50,043 nt of DNA from an uncultured Atribacterota bacterium (lineage in GTDB: Bacteria; Atribacterota; Phoenicimicrobiia; Phoenicimicrobiales; Phoenicimicrobiaceae): contig CAZWFH010000001.1 in NCBI GenBank assembly GCA_964632105.1, positions 1 to 50,043 on the forward strand. Reading direction: 5' to 3'. Positions 37,108 through 45,583 of this stretch are shown piece by piece. The notes under the pieces were generated by a model. The model was not told the DNA's origin. It was given only the letters and a program-made list of their open reading frames with translations, and did no database searches. How positions within the stretch are numbered: position 1 is the first letter of the stretch; every line of letters begins with the position of its first letter. The position numbers and the translations under genes were made by a program.

Positions 37108-38109
37108 TTGCTCAATTTATGGCTCTTATTTTTAATATGTGCCCTGATAATTATTTTTACGGGAACTAAACTGACCCGCTACGGAGATATAATTGCTGAA
37201 AAAACCGGATTGGGAAGGGTCTGGATTGGAGCTGCATTAATCCCATTAGCTACCTCTCTTCCTGAACTTACTTCCAGTTCCGGTGCCGCCTGGATCAATG
37301 CCCCTAATTTAGCTATTGGAAATATCTTCGGCAGTATTATGTTCAACTTATTAATTATCGCTATAGCAGATTTTGCTCATGGTCCCGGTCCACTCCTTAG
37401 AGAAGTATCTTCCGGCCAAATTCTAACTGCTATTTTAGGAATATTTCTATGTGCAATTGCTGCCTTGAGTATGTTGATAAAACCACCATTTCTCCTTGCA
37501 GGGGTCGGCATAGATTCTCTAATTTTAATAATTCTGTACTTTTTAGGTATTTTAGTAATATTCAAATATAGTAAAAGAAATAAACCCGATGATGTCCTGG
37601 GAGTCCCTGAGGAAAATTATGCTACCTATTCTTTACCCTTAACCAATATCAAATTTTTAATAGCAGCTATAATTATAATCTTTGCCGCCATGAAGTTAGC
37701 ACAAGTAGCCAATAGTTTAGCAGACCTTACCGGATGGGGAACAACTTTTATGGGCACTATAATGTTAGCCATCATTACTTCTTTACCAGAATTAGTTACC
37801 GCCCTTGCGGCTATTAGAATAAAGGCTTATGACCTTGCGGTAGGCATTGTCCTGGGAGCAAATATTCTTAATATGACTATACCATTCTTCTCAGATATAT
37901 TTTATGATGGCCCACCAATTTTAAGTGTAGTCTCACCCCAGCATATTATTAGTGCTCTAATAGCTATAATTCTCACCAGTATTGCTATTACCAGTGTGGT
38001 ATACAGACCTAAAAAATCATTATTTAATTTAGGGGTAGCTGGCTGGTTAATTTTTATAGTATATTTCCTGGGAATTTTCTTAATCTTTAAAATAGGAATA
38101 AAAATATAA
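37108..38109 (+). CDS. Ca2+/cation antiporter (CaCA, YrbG-like) membrane protein
   Basis: Two alpha-repeat Na_Ca_ex motifs (ATSLPELTSS, ITSLPELVTA) and about 10 TM helices. The probable TTG start at 37108 lies downstream of GGAGG (37091-37095), but the start is uncertain. Confidence 0.75.
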   Translation: MLNLWLLFLICALIIIFTGTKLTRYGDIIAEKTGLGRVWIGAALIPLATSLPELTSSSGAAWINAPNLAIGNIFGSIMFNLLIIAIADFAHGPGPLLREVSSGQILTAILGIFLCAIAALSMLIKPPFLLAGVGIDSLILIILYFLGILVIFKYSKRNKPDDVLGVPEENYATYSLPLTNIKFLIAAIIIIFAAMKLAQVANSLADLTGWGTTFMGTIMLAIITSLPELVTALAAIRIKAYDLAVGIVLGANILNMTIPFFSDIFYDGPPILSVVSPQHIISALIAIILTSIAITSVVYRPKKSLFNLGVAGWLIFIVYFLGIFLIFKIGIKI

Positions 38110-38183
38110 AGAATTTTTGACTTTTTCTAATATATATGTTATCTTATTAAAAATTTAATATTTGTACCTCACTTTTTTCTTAA

Positions 38184-38368
38184 GTGAGGTGGAGGCGCGA
38201 GCAATAATCAGTACTGGTGATGAGATGAGCATCTTTGATTCGCCAGGAAAGGCATTCTCGCCGAAGCGTTAAAGATAACAGCTCTAATCTTTATGCTGGG
38301 TTTATGGTTAAAAGCCATAAGACTGTCATCAGAATCTATACCCTGGTTTCTGATGGAGCGCTATCTCA
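38184..38368 (+). promoter_or_regulatory. Lysine riboswitch (L-box) aptamer
   Basis: Conserved blocks in order: GGAGGCGCGAGC, GGAAAGGC, TCGCCGAAGCG, CTGGG, GACTGTCA, TGGAGCGCTATC. P1 pairs TGAGGT (38184-38189) with ATCTCA (38363-38368). It lies upstream of lysA. Confidence 0.85.
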
Positions 38369-38413
38369 TCTGATGAGAGAAATGGGAGTAAATTTAATTG
38401 TTAGATTAATTTC

Positions 38414-38456
38414 AGGCAATTGATGAGCATAGCGTTTGTCAATTGCCTTTTTTTTA
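38414..38456 (+). terminator. Riboswitch expression-platform intrinsic terminator
   Basis: AGGCAATTGA...TCAATTGCCT followed by TTTTTTT. Confidence 0.75.
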
Positions 38457-38580
38457 TTTATGAATTTGAATTGCCTGTCTATACAAATGTAGGGATTTGA
38501 TTTATCAAACCCTCTTATACCTTATGCCATTGCAGCTTAAAACTAAATACTAACGACCAACGACTAACAACTATTTTAAG
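38457..38580. repeat. Mosaic repeat patch between the riboswitch terminator and the lysA RBS
   Basis: Hairpin TGTAGGGATTTGATTTATCAAACCCT (38488-38514) and AAATACTAACGACCAACGACTAACAACTATTTT (compare 5591-5624). Confidence 0.8.
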
Positions 38581-38589
38581 GAGGAATTA

Positions 38590-39927
38590 ATGAATAATCA
38601 AAACAATATAACACCTCGAATTAATCGAGAAGGTCTTTCCCTAAATAAATCTGGAAATTTAGAATTCGACCGATGTGAGCTTGTAAAATTAGCCCAAAAA
38701 TATGGAACCCCCTGTTATATTTTTTCGGAAAGTATAATTAGAAAAAAATGTCGGCAATATACTTCTGCTTTTTCTAAAAGAAACATTGATTTTGAAATAA
38801 TTTATGCTGGTAAAGCCTTTTTGGTTAAAGCAATGTGTAATGTCTTAAAGGAAGAGGATTTAAGTCTGGATGTTTCTTCTGGCGGAGAATTATATACTGC
38901 CCTTTCAGTAGGATTCCCACCGGAAAAAATATTTTTCCATGGGAATAACAAATCCAAAAAAGAAATAGAATTCTCTCTTAAAGAAAAAATTGGCACCATG
39001 ATGGTAGATAGTGAGTATGAACTCAACGTAATTAGCCAGGTTGCAGAAAGTTTAAATACGAAGGTGGAAATAATTCTCCGGGTAACTCCGGGAATAGATA
39101 CTCATACTCATAAATATATTCAAACCGGACAGGTAGATTCAAAATTTGGAATCAGTATTGATAGTATCCCTGATTTCATAAAAAAAGTTCTTTCTATGAA
39201 AAATATTTCATATAAGGGTCTGCATTTTCATCTCGGTTCACAAATTTTTGATCTATTTCCTTATGTCCTAGCTATCAAGGAAATGGCAAAACTTATTAAG
39301 CAAATAAAAGATCTTTGGGGAATAGATACCCCTAATCTAAATTTGGGTGGAGGTTTAGGGGTGAAATACCTTGAATCTGATCAACCTCCTTCCGTAGAAT
39401 ATTTTGTAAATTTAATTGTTGATAATCTTGCAAAAGAAATAAAAGAAAATAATTTAGTAATGCCTAAGATATTGATAGAACCAGGAAGGTCTATAGTGGC
39501 GGAAGCAGGCATTACTCTCTATACTATCGGTAACATAAAAGAAATACCGGGAATTAGAAAATACCTTATTGTAGATGGAGGTATGGCTGATAATCCTCGA
39601 CCAATCCTTTATCAAGCAAAATATGAAGCTGTTTTAGTAAATAAAGTAAATGATAATCTTCCTAAGGAATTGGTAACTATTGCCGGGAAATGTTGTGAAT
39701 CAGGAGATATTTTAATAAAAAATTTGAAACTTCCTTCAGCTTCACCGGGGGATCTTTTAGCAGTATTTACCACTGGGGCTTATCATTATTCTATGTCCAG
39801 CAATTATAACCGACTTCCCCGGCCAGCGGTCGTCCTGGTAAATCAAGGAAAAGATGGTTTAATGGTAAAAAAAGAAACTTATAGTGATATTGTAAGAAAC
39901 GATACCATACCAGAGTGGTTTAAATAA
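38590..39927 (+). CDS. lysA: Diaminopimelate decarboxylase
   Basis: 445 aa. YAGKAF (PLP lysine), HFHLGSQ, EPGRSIVA, CESGD and AYHYSMSSNYN are typical LysA blocks. Confidence 0.9.
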   Translation: MNNQNNITPRINREGLSLNKSGNLEFDRCELVKLAQKYGTPCYIFSESIIRKKCRQYTSAFSKRNIDFEIIYAGKAFLVKAMCNVLKEEDLSLDVSSGGELYTALSVGFPPEKIFFHGNNKSKKEIEFSLKEKIGTMMVDSEYELNVISQVAESLNTKVEIILRVTPGIDTHTHKYIQTGQVDSKFGISIDSIPDFIKKVLSMKNISYKGLHFHLGSQIFDLFPYVLAIKEMAKLIKQIKDLWGIDTPNLNLGGGLGVKYLESDQPPSVEYFVNLIVDNLAKEIKENNLVMPKILIEPGRSIVAEAGITLYTIGNIKEIPGIRKYLIVDGGMADNPRPILYQAKYEAVLVNKVNDNLPKELVTIAGKCCESGDILIKNLKLPSASPGDLLAVFTTGAYHYSMSSNYNRLPRPAVVLVNQGKDGLMVKKETYSDIVRNDTIPEWFK

Positions 39928-39951
39928 AAAAATATACATAAGGTGATATTT

Positions 39952-41187
39952 ATGAGAATAATCGTAAAATTTGGCGGAACCAGCGTTCAGGATCCTGAAA
40001 GGATTAAAAAAGCCGCCCAATCAATAATTCAACAAGCAAAAAAAGGATATGAAATAGTAGCTGTTGTTTCAGCAATGGGTAATACCACTGACACTTTAAC
40101 TTCTTTACTTAAAGATTCTGTTAAAGACCGTATAGAGGATAGAGATTATGCTGATTTTGTTTCTATGGGAGAGCGGATAAGTACCAGGGTTCTTGCGGCA
40201 ACCATTAAATCTATGGGATTTTCTTCGAGATATTTTGACCCGGCAGATAAGGATTTTCCTATTATTACTGATGTAAATTTTAGTCAAGCTAAAATACTGT
40301 TTGAGGAGAGCAAAAAAAAGTGTCAAAAAATAATCGAACCATTGCTAAAAAAGGGTGTTATTCCTATAGTATGCGGTTTTTTAGGTAGAAGTTATGAAGA
40401 TGGAAGCATAACAACTCTTGGCCGGGGCGGTAGCGATATCACTGCTTTTGCCCTGGGAAACTTTTTAGAAGCCGATGAAGTAATAATCGTAACTGATGCA
40501 GTAGGAGTTTTAAGTGCTGATCCCCGAATAATAAAAGAACCCGTAACTTTAAAAAAAATAAGTGTGGAAGAGATGGGAGTCCTTGCTGAAGGTGGAGCAA
40601 AAGTTTTACATCCACAGGCCTTAAAATATAAAACTGATAGAATGAAAGCAAAAATTATTCATTTTCAAAACGGAAATTTATCCGCAGAAGGAACAGAGAT
40701 AATAGGGGCTTTTAAAAGTAAATTAACTCTTTTCAAAGAAAAACTAACTATGTTAACTATTCTGGGAACGGAAATTTTTAATACCCCAGGACTCTTAAAA
40801 AAGACGATTACCCCTATTTCCGATAATCATATTAGTCTATATGGAGTTTCCATCGGGACAAAACATATCGGAATCTATGTTATGGAGAATTATGCCCAGC
40901 AATCTTATGATTTGATTCATCCTACTGTAATTGAAGATGAAAGGCTAAAGTCAGTTACTTTAAAAAATAATATTGCTTTAATCATTGCCAGAAGCAGGGA
41001 TTTTATAGAAACACCTGGTATTATCGAGAGGATTACCCGGCCCTTAGCTGAAAATAATATAAATATAATTGAAATGACTACTATCAAAACAGATATTTTA
41101 ATCTTTTTGGAATGGAAAGATAGAGAATTTGCCTACCAAATAATAAATAAATCATTGAAAGAGGCAGGAATCAAGGTAAATAATTGA
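39952..41187 (+). CDS. lysC: Aspartate kinase
   Basis: ATG 39952 follows AAGGTGA. KFGGTSV, VVSAMGNTTD, and tandem C-terminal ACT-like domains. Confidence 0.9.
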   Translation: MRIIVKFGGTSVQDPERIKKAAQSIIQQAKKGYEIVAVVSAMGNTTDTLTSLLKDSVKDRIEDRDYADFVSMGERISTRVLAATIKSMGFSSRYFDPADKDFPIITDVNFSQAKILFEESKKKCQKIIEPLLKKGVIPIVCGFLGRSYEDGSITTLGRGGSDITAFALGNFLEADEVIIVTDAVGVLSADPRIIKEPVTLKKISVEEMGVLAEGGAKVLHPQALKYKTDRMKAKIIHFQNGNLSAEGTEIIGAFKSKLTLFKEKLTMLTILGTEIFNTPGLLKKTITPISDNHISLYGVSIGTKHIGIYVMENYAQQSYDLIHPTVIEDERLKSVTLKNNIALIIARSRDFIETPGIIERITRPLAENNINIIEMTTIKTDILIFLEWKDREFAYQIINKSLKEAGIKVNN

Positions 41188-41470
41188 ATTTGGCACAAGC
41201 CAAATTCGTATCGCGTATCGAGTATCGAGTATTGCGTAAAGAGAAAAAGGAGTTACAAGATACAAGGTGCAAGTTGCAAGTAGGGGCGTATTGCATACGC
41301 CTTAATAGCGTATAGCGTATAGTTAAGAAAGAAGGAGTCAGAATATAGAAACCAAATTAATATGTGGTGTATATAGTAAATAAAAAAGAAATCAGGAGGC
41401 AAAATTCAGGAATCAAAATAAATTCGTACGCGATACGCAATGCGATATACGATATACGAAAATAAAAAAG
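41188..41470. repeat. Mosaic word-repeat patch inside the lysine operon
   Basis: CGTATCGCGTATCGAGTATCGAGTATTGCG; CAAGATACAAGGTGCAAGTTGCAAG; degenerate hairpin GTAGGGGCGTATTGCATACGCC; AGCGTATAGCGTATAG; TACGCGATACGCAATGCGATATACGATATACG. Confidence 0.8.
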
Positions 41471-41482
41471 GAGGAAACAAAA

Positions 41483-42367
41483 ATGTTTAAAGGATCCTTA
41501 GTAGCTATGATTACCCCATTTACCAAAAATGATGAGGTCGATGAAAAAGGAATAAAAGAATTGGTGGAGTTTCATATCAAAAATGGAACCAATGGTATTG
41601 TCCCCTGTGGTACTACCGGGGAATCCCCTACTCTTTCTCATGAAGAACATAAAAGAGTTGCGGAGTTAACCATAAAAGCAGTAGCGGGAAGAGTCCCGGT
41701 AATTGCCGGAACCGGCTCCAATTGCACTCGAGAGGCCTTAGATCTAACTTCTCATGCTAAAGAAGCAGGGGCAGTCGGTGCTCTCATAATCACCCCTTAT
41801 TACAATAAACCAACTCAGAAAGGATTGTATCTGCATTTTAAAAAGATAGCAGAAGAAGTAGATATACCAATTGTAGTCTATAATGTCCCCTCCCGAACCG
41901 GAGTAAATATGTTACCTGAAACATTAGCGGAATTAGCTGAATTAAAAAATATTGTGGCGGTAAAAGAAGCCAGCGGGAATTTAGATCAGATGACTCAAAT
42001 AGTTGAATTGTGCGGAGATAAAATAACTCTTTTATCTGGAGATGATAAGTTGTTACTTCCATTATTATCTATTGGAGGGAAAGGGGTAATCTCGGTTGTT
42101 GCCAATATTATCCCCCGGGATGTATCTGATGTAGTCAGGGAATTTGAAGAAGGAAATTACCAAAAGGCTAAAGATATTTTCCTATCTAAAGTCTATCCCT
42201 TAAGTAATGCTATGTTTTACGAAACCAATCCCATCCCGGTTAAAACCAGTACCCGGTTAATGGGGTTGCCTTCCGGTAATCTACGATTACCTTTGAGTCC
42301 AATGAGTGAAAATAATCTGGCAAAATTAAAGGCGGACTTAATAAAATTTGGTTTACTGGAGGAATAA
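41483..42367 (+). CDS. dapA: 4-hydroxy-tetrahydrodipicolinate synthase
   Basis: GTTGES, YYNKPTQ, and VAVKEASG (active-site lysine). 294 aa. Confidence 0.95.
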   Translation: MFKGSLVAMITPFTKNDEVDEKGIKELVEFHIKNGTNGIVPCGTTGESPTLSHEEHKRVAELTIKAVAGRVPVIAGTGSNCTREALDLTSHAKEAGAVGALIITPYYNKPTQKGLYLHFKKIAEEVDIPIVVYNVPSRTGVNMLPETLAELAELKNIVAVKEASGNLDQMTQIVELCGDKITLLSGDDKLLLPLLSIGGKGVISVVANIIPRDVSDVVREFEEGNYQKAKDIFLSKVYPLSNAMFYETNPIPVKTSTRLMGLPSGNLRLPLSPMSENNLAKLKADLIKFGLLEE

Positions 42368-42370
42368 TAA

Positions 42371-43171
42371 ATGATTAATGTCATTATCTGTGGCGGCTGT
42401 GGAAAAATGGGTTCCGCAGTAGCTCGGTTAATTCATCAGAATGAAGATATGAAATTAGTAGGCATAATTGAATCCCCTTCTCATCCAGATAAAGGAAAAG
42501 ATTGGGGAATAGTAGCGGGCTTGGGAGAAACTGGAATAATTATCAAAGATAATTTGGAAGAGATAATTCAAAATACCGACCAGGTAGTTGAATTTACTAA
42601 TCCCCAAGTTTCTCTAAAACATCTGGAAATTATCTCAAAATATAAAAAAGCTATGATTATGGGAACTACCGGGTTCTCCTCAGAAGAAATCGAAAAAATC
42701 AATAAATTAGCTCAAGGCATTCCTTTTCTTCTTTCACCAAATATGTCTTTGGGAGTAAATTTACTATTTAAACTTGCAGCTGAAACTGCTGCTGCTTTGG
42801 GCGATGATTACGATATAGAAATTGTGGAGGCACATCATCGGTTTAAAAAAGATGCCCCTAGTGGTACAGCAAAAAAGTTGGCTCAAGAAATTGCAAAAGC
42901 TAAAGGGGTGAACCTGGATGAGGTAGCAATTTATGGCAGAGAAGGAATAACCGGAGAAAGAAAAAGAGGAGAGATTGGTATCCACTCAATTAGGAGCGGA
43001 GATATTACCGGTGAACATACAGTGATGTTCACTGCCTTAGGCGAGAGATTAGAATTAACTCATAAAGCCCACAGTCGGGATACTTTTGCCTATGGGACCA
43101 TCCAGGCAATAAAATTTATGAAAGGCAAACCCGCAGGTTTTTATGAAATGAAAGATGTGCTGAACATATAA
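42371..43171 (+). CDS. dapB: 4-hydroxy-tetrahydrodipicolinate reductase
   Basis: N-terminal GGCGKMG nucleotide-binding loop, EAHHRFKKDAPSGTA, HSIRSGDITGEHTV. Confidence 0.95.
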   Translation: MINVIICGGCGKMGSAVARLIHQNEDMKLVGIIESPSHPDKGKDWGIVAGLGETGIIIKDNLEEIIQNTDQVVEFTNPQVSLKHLEIISKYKKAMIMGTTGFSSEEIEKINKLAQGIPFLLSPNMSLGVNLLFKLAAETAAALGDDYDIEIVEAHHRFKKDAPSGTAKKLAQEIAKAKGVNLDEVAIYGREGITGERKRGEIGIHSIRSGDITGEHTVMFTALGERLELTHKAHSRDTFAYGTIQAIKFMKGKPAGFYEMKDVLNI

Positions 43172-43425
43172 AACAGAAGTCAGGAGCCAGAATAAAATCG
43201 TATCTCGTATCTCGTGAATCGTATCTCGTTGAGAAATAAGTATCGAGTATATAGTATAGAATATTTAGTTAAGGAAATAAGAGATAGAGGTTGGAGAAGA
43301 TATCATCTCAAAGCAACTGGTAAACTGGTGAACAAGGTAACTGGGTAACTAATACACAATATACGATTCTAGATTATTATACGTTAAACGCTGTATGCTA
43401 TACGCTAGTAAAGGAAAAAATCATT
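43172..43425. repeat. Mosaic word-repeat patch between dapB and dapF
   Basis: CGTATCTCGTATCTCGTGAATCGTATCTCG (43199-43228) is identical to 26511-26540. 43281-43408 is the long repeat shared with 36745-36872. Confidence 0.85.
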
Positions 43426-44286
43426 ATGAAAATTGATTTTGTAAAAATGCATGGATTAGGGAATGATTTTATTTTAATCGATTGTATAAATAAATCATTG
43501 GGTGACTCTTTATTTCTCTCTTATCTGGCAAAAAAACTTTGCAACCGTAACTTTGGAATTGGTGCAGATGGACTAATACTTATCTTGCCCTCATCTAAGG
43601 CAGATTTAAAAATGAGAATTTTTAACTATGATGGTAGCGAAGCCCAGATGTGTGGAAATGGAATTAGATGTTTTGCTAAATATGCCTATGAAAATAATTT
43701 AATTTCAAAAAATAAATTTGCTGTAGAAACCTTAGCAGGTATAATCACTCCTGAACTAATTTTTCAAAATTTAAAAGATAAAAAAGTTTTAAGAATCAAA
43801 GTAAATATGGGAACCCCAAAATTAAGAAGAAGAGAAATACCTATGACCGGTGAAGATACTCCCACAGTAGTGGATGAAACATTGAAGATAAATTCCGAGC
43901 AGACTTTTAAAGTCACCTGTGTCTCTATGGGAAACCCTCATTGTATAGTCTTTGTAGATGATGTACAATCTATACCAGTAGATAAAATTGGCCCAAAAAT
44001 TGAAAATCATCCCCTCTTCCCTGAAAAAACTAACGTAGAATTTATTCAAGTTATAAATAAGAAAGAGATAAACTTCAGAGTATGGGAAAGAGGAGTAGGA
44101 GAAACTTTGGCTTGCGGAACCGGAGCATGTGCAGCTTTGATAGCTGCAGTTTTGAATAAAAAGACCGATCGGAAAGCTACAATTCATTTATCTGGTGGAG
44201 ATTTAGATATCCTATGGGCTGATGATGGATATGTCTATATGACTGGCCCAGCAGAATTAGTATTCAAGGGAGAAATAATTATTTAA
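43426..44286 (+). CDS. dapF: Diaminopimelate epimerase
   Basis: KMHGLGNDF, MCGNGIRC and ACGTGACA (the two catalytic cysteines). Confidence 0.9.
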   Translation: MKIDFVKMHGLGNDFILIDCINKSLGDSLFLSYLAKKLCNRNFGIGADGLILILPSSKADLKMRIFNYDGSEAQMCGNGIRCFAKYAYENNLISKNKFAVETLAGIITPELIFQNLKDKKVLRIKVNMGTPKLRRREIPMTGEDTPTVVDETLKINSEQTFKVTCVSMGNPHCIVFVDDVQSIPVDKIGPKIENHPLFPEKTNVEFIQVINKKEINFRVWERGVGETLACGTGACAALIAAVLNKKTDRKATIHLSGGDLDILWADDGYVYMTGPAELVFKGEIII

Positions 44287-44350
44287 TTGACCAATTCACC
44301 AATTAATTTTAGTTAGCCAGTTTGCCGGTTAACCAGTTTACCAGTCGAAT
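44287..44350. repeat. Word-repeat patch (CCAATT/CCAGTT words) between dapF and dapL
   Basis: TTGACCAATTCACCAATTAATTTTAGTTAGCCAGTTTGCCGGTTAACCAGTTTACCAGTCG. Confidence 0.8.
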
Positions 44351-44413
44351 GCACATTAAAAAATATTAAAATAAAATAATGATAAAATTTATTAACAAAA
44401 GGAGAAATTGTAG

Positions 44414-45583
44414 ATGAAAATCGCACAAAGGATACAAACCATTCCACCTTATCTATTTGCAGAAATTGATAAGAAAAAAGAAGAAGCTATAAAAAGAGGA
44501 GTCGATATTATTAACTTAGGCATAGGCGACCCTGACCAACCTACACCTAATAATATAATTAAAAAATTAAGAGAAAGCGTTAAAGACCCTAAAACCCATA
44601 ATTACCCACCCTATGCGGGAACAGCTGAATTTAGGCAGGCAGTTGCCTTATGGTATAAAAATAGATTTGGTGTTGACTTAGACCCAGATAAAGAAGTAAT
44701 GGCTCTTATCGGCTCTAAAGAGGGAATAGCTCATATCTTTCTGGCTTTTATTGACCCGGGAGACTTTAGTCTTATACCTGACCCTGCTTATCCGGTTTAT
44801 AAAACAGGAACTTTATTTGCCAATGGCTTCCCTTATATTATGCCTCTATTAGAAGAAAATAATTTTCTGCCTGATTTAGAAAAAATAGATGAAGAAATCG
44901 CACAAAGAGCTAAATTAATGTTTGTAAGCTACCCTAACAACCCTACTGCTGCAGTGGCTAATAAAGATTTTTTTGAAAAGGTAGTAAAATTTGCTAAAAA
45001 ATATGATATCTTAGTCTGCCATGATTTCGCTTATTCCGAGATGACCTTTGATGGTTATAAAGCTAACAGTTTTTTAGAAATAGATGGAGCCAAAGAGGCA
45101 GGAATTGAATTTCATTCTTTATCCAAAACTTATAATATGACCGGCTGGAGACTTGCTTTTGTAGTAGGAAATAAGGATGCTATTTCCGCTCTCTCTATCA
45201 TAAAAACCAATATTGATTCTGGAATCTTTAAAGCTATCCAACAAGCCGGAATAGAAGCCTTAACTGGCCCGCAGGACAATATAGAGAAGATGAATAAAAT
45301 TTATACCGGTAGACGAAATGTAGTGATAAATGGACTAAATAAATTAGGATGGAATTTAAAGCCAACTAAAGCTACTTTTTATATCTGGCTTCCCACTTTG
45401 AACAAAATGGATTCTATGGAGTTTTCTAATCTCTTATTAGAAAAAACGGGAATAATTGTAACTCCGGGAATCGGCTACGGAGATTACGGAGAAGGATATG
45501 TAAGAATTGCCCTAACCGTAGAAGAAAAAAGATTAGAAGAGGCAATAGAAAGAATAAAAAAAGCTGTTCTTAGCCAGGAATAG
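44414..45583 (+). CDS. dapL: LL-diaminopimelate aminotransferase (class I/II aminotransferase)
   Basis: PPYLFAEIDKKK, INLGIGDPDQPTP, SYPNNPT, HSLSKTYNMTGWRLAF. Operon context with dapA, dapB, dapF and lysA and without dapD, dapC or dapE. Confidence 0.75.
   Translation: MKIAQRIQTIPPYLFAEIDKKKEEAIKRGVDIINLGIGDPDQPTPNNIIKKLRESVKDPKTHNYPPYAGTAEFRQAVALWYKNRFGVDLDPDKEVMALIGSKEGIAHIFLAFIDPGDFSLIPDPAYPVYKTGTLFANGFPYIMPLLEENNFLPDLEKIDEEIAQRAKLMFVSYPNNPTAAVANKDFFEKVVKFAKKYDILVCHDFAYSEMTFDGYKANSFLEIDGAKEAGIEFHSLSKTYNMTGWRLAFVVGNKDAISALSIIKTNIDSGIFKAIQQAGIEALTGPQDNIEKMNKIYTGRRNVVINGLNKLGWNLKPTKATFYIWLPTLNKMDSMEFSNLLLEKTGIIVTPGIGYGDYGEGYVRIALTVEEKRLEEAIERIKKAVLSQE

Noticed and set aside
38235-38423. 62-aa ORF upstream of lysA
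   Set aside because: It lies entirely within the lysine riboswitch aptamer and expression platform, and it has no RBS.
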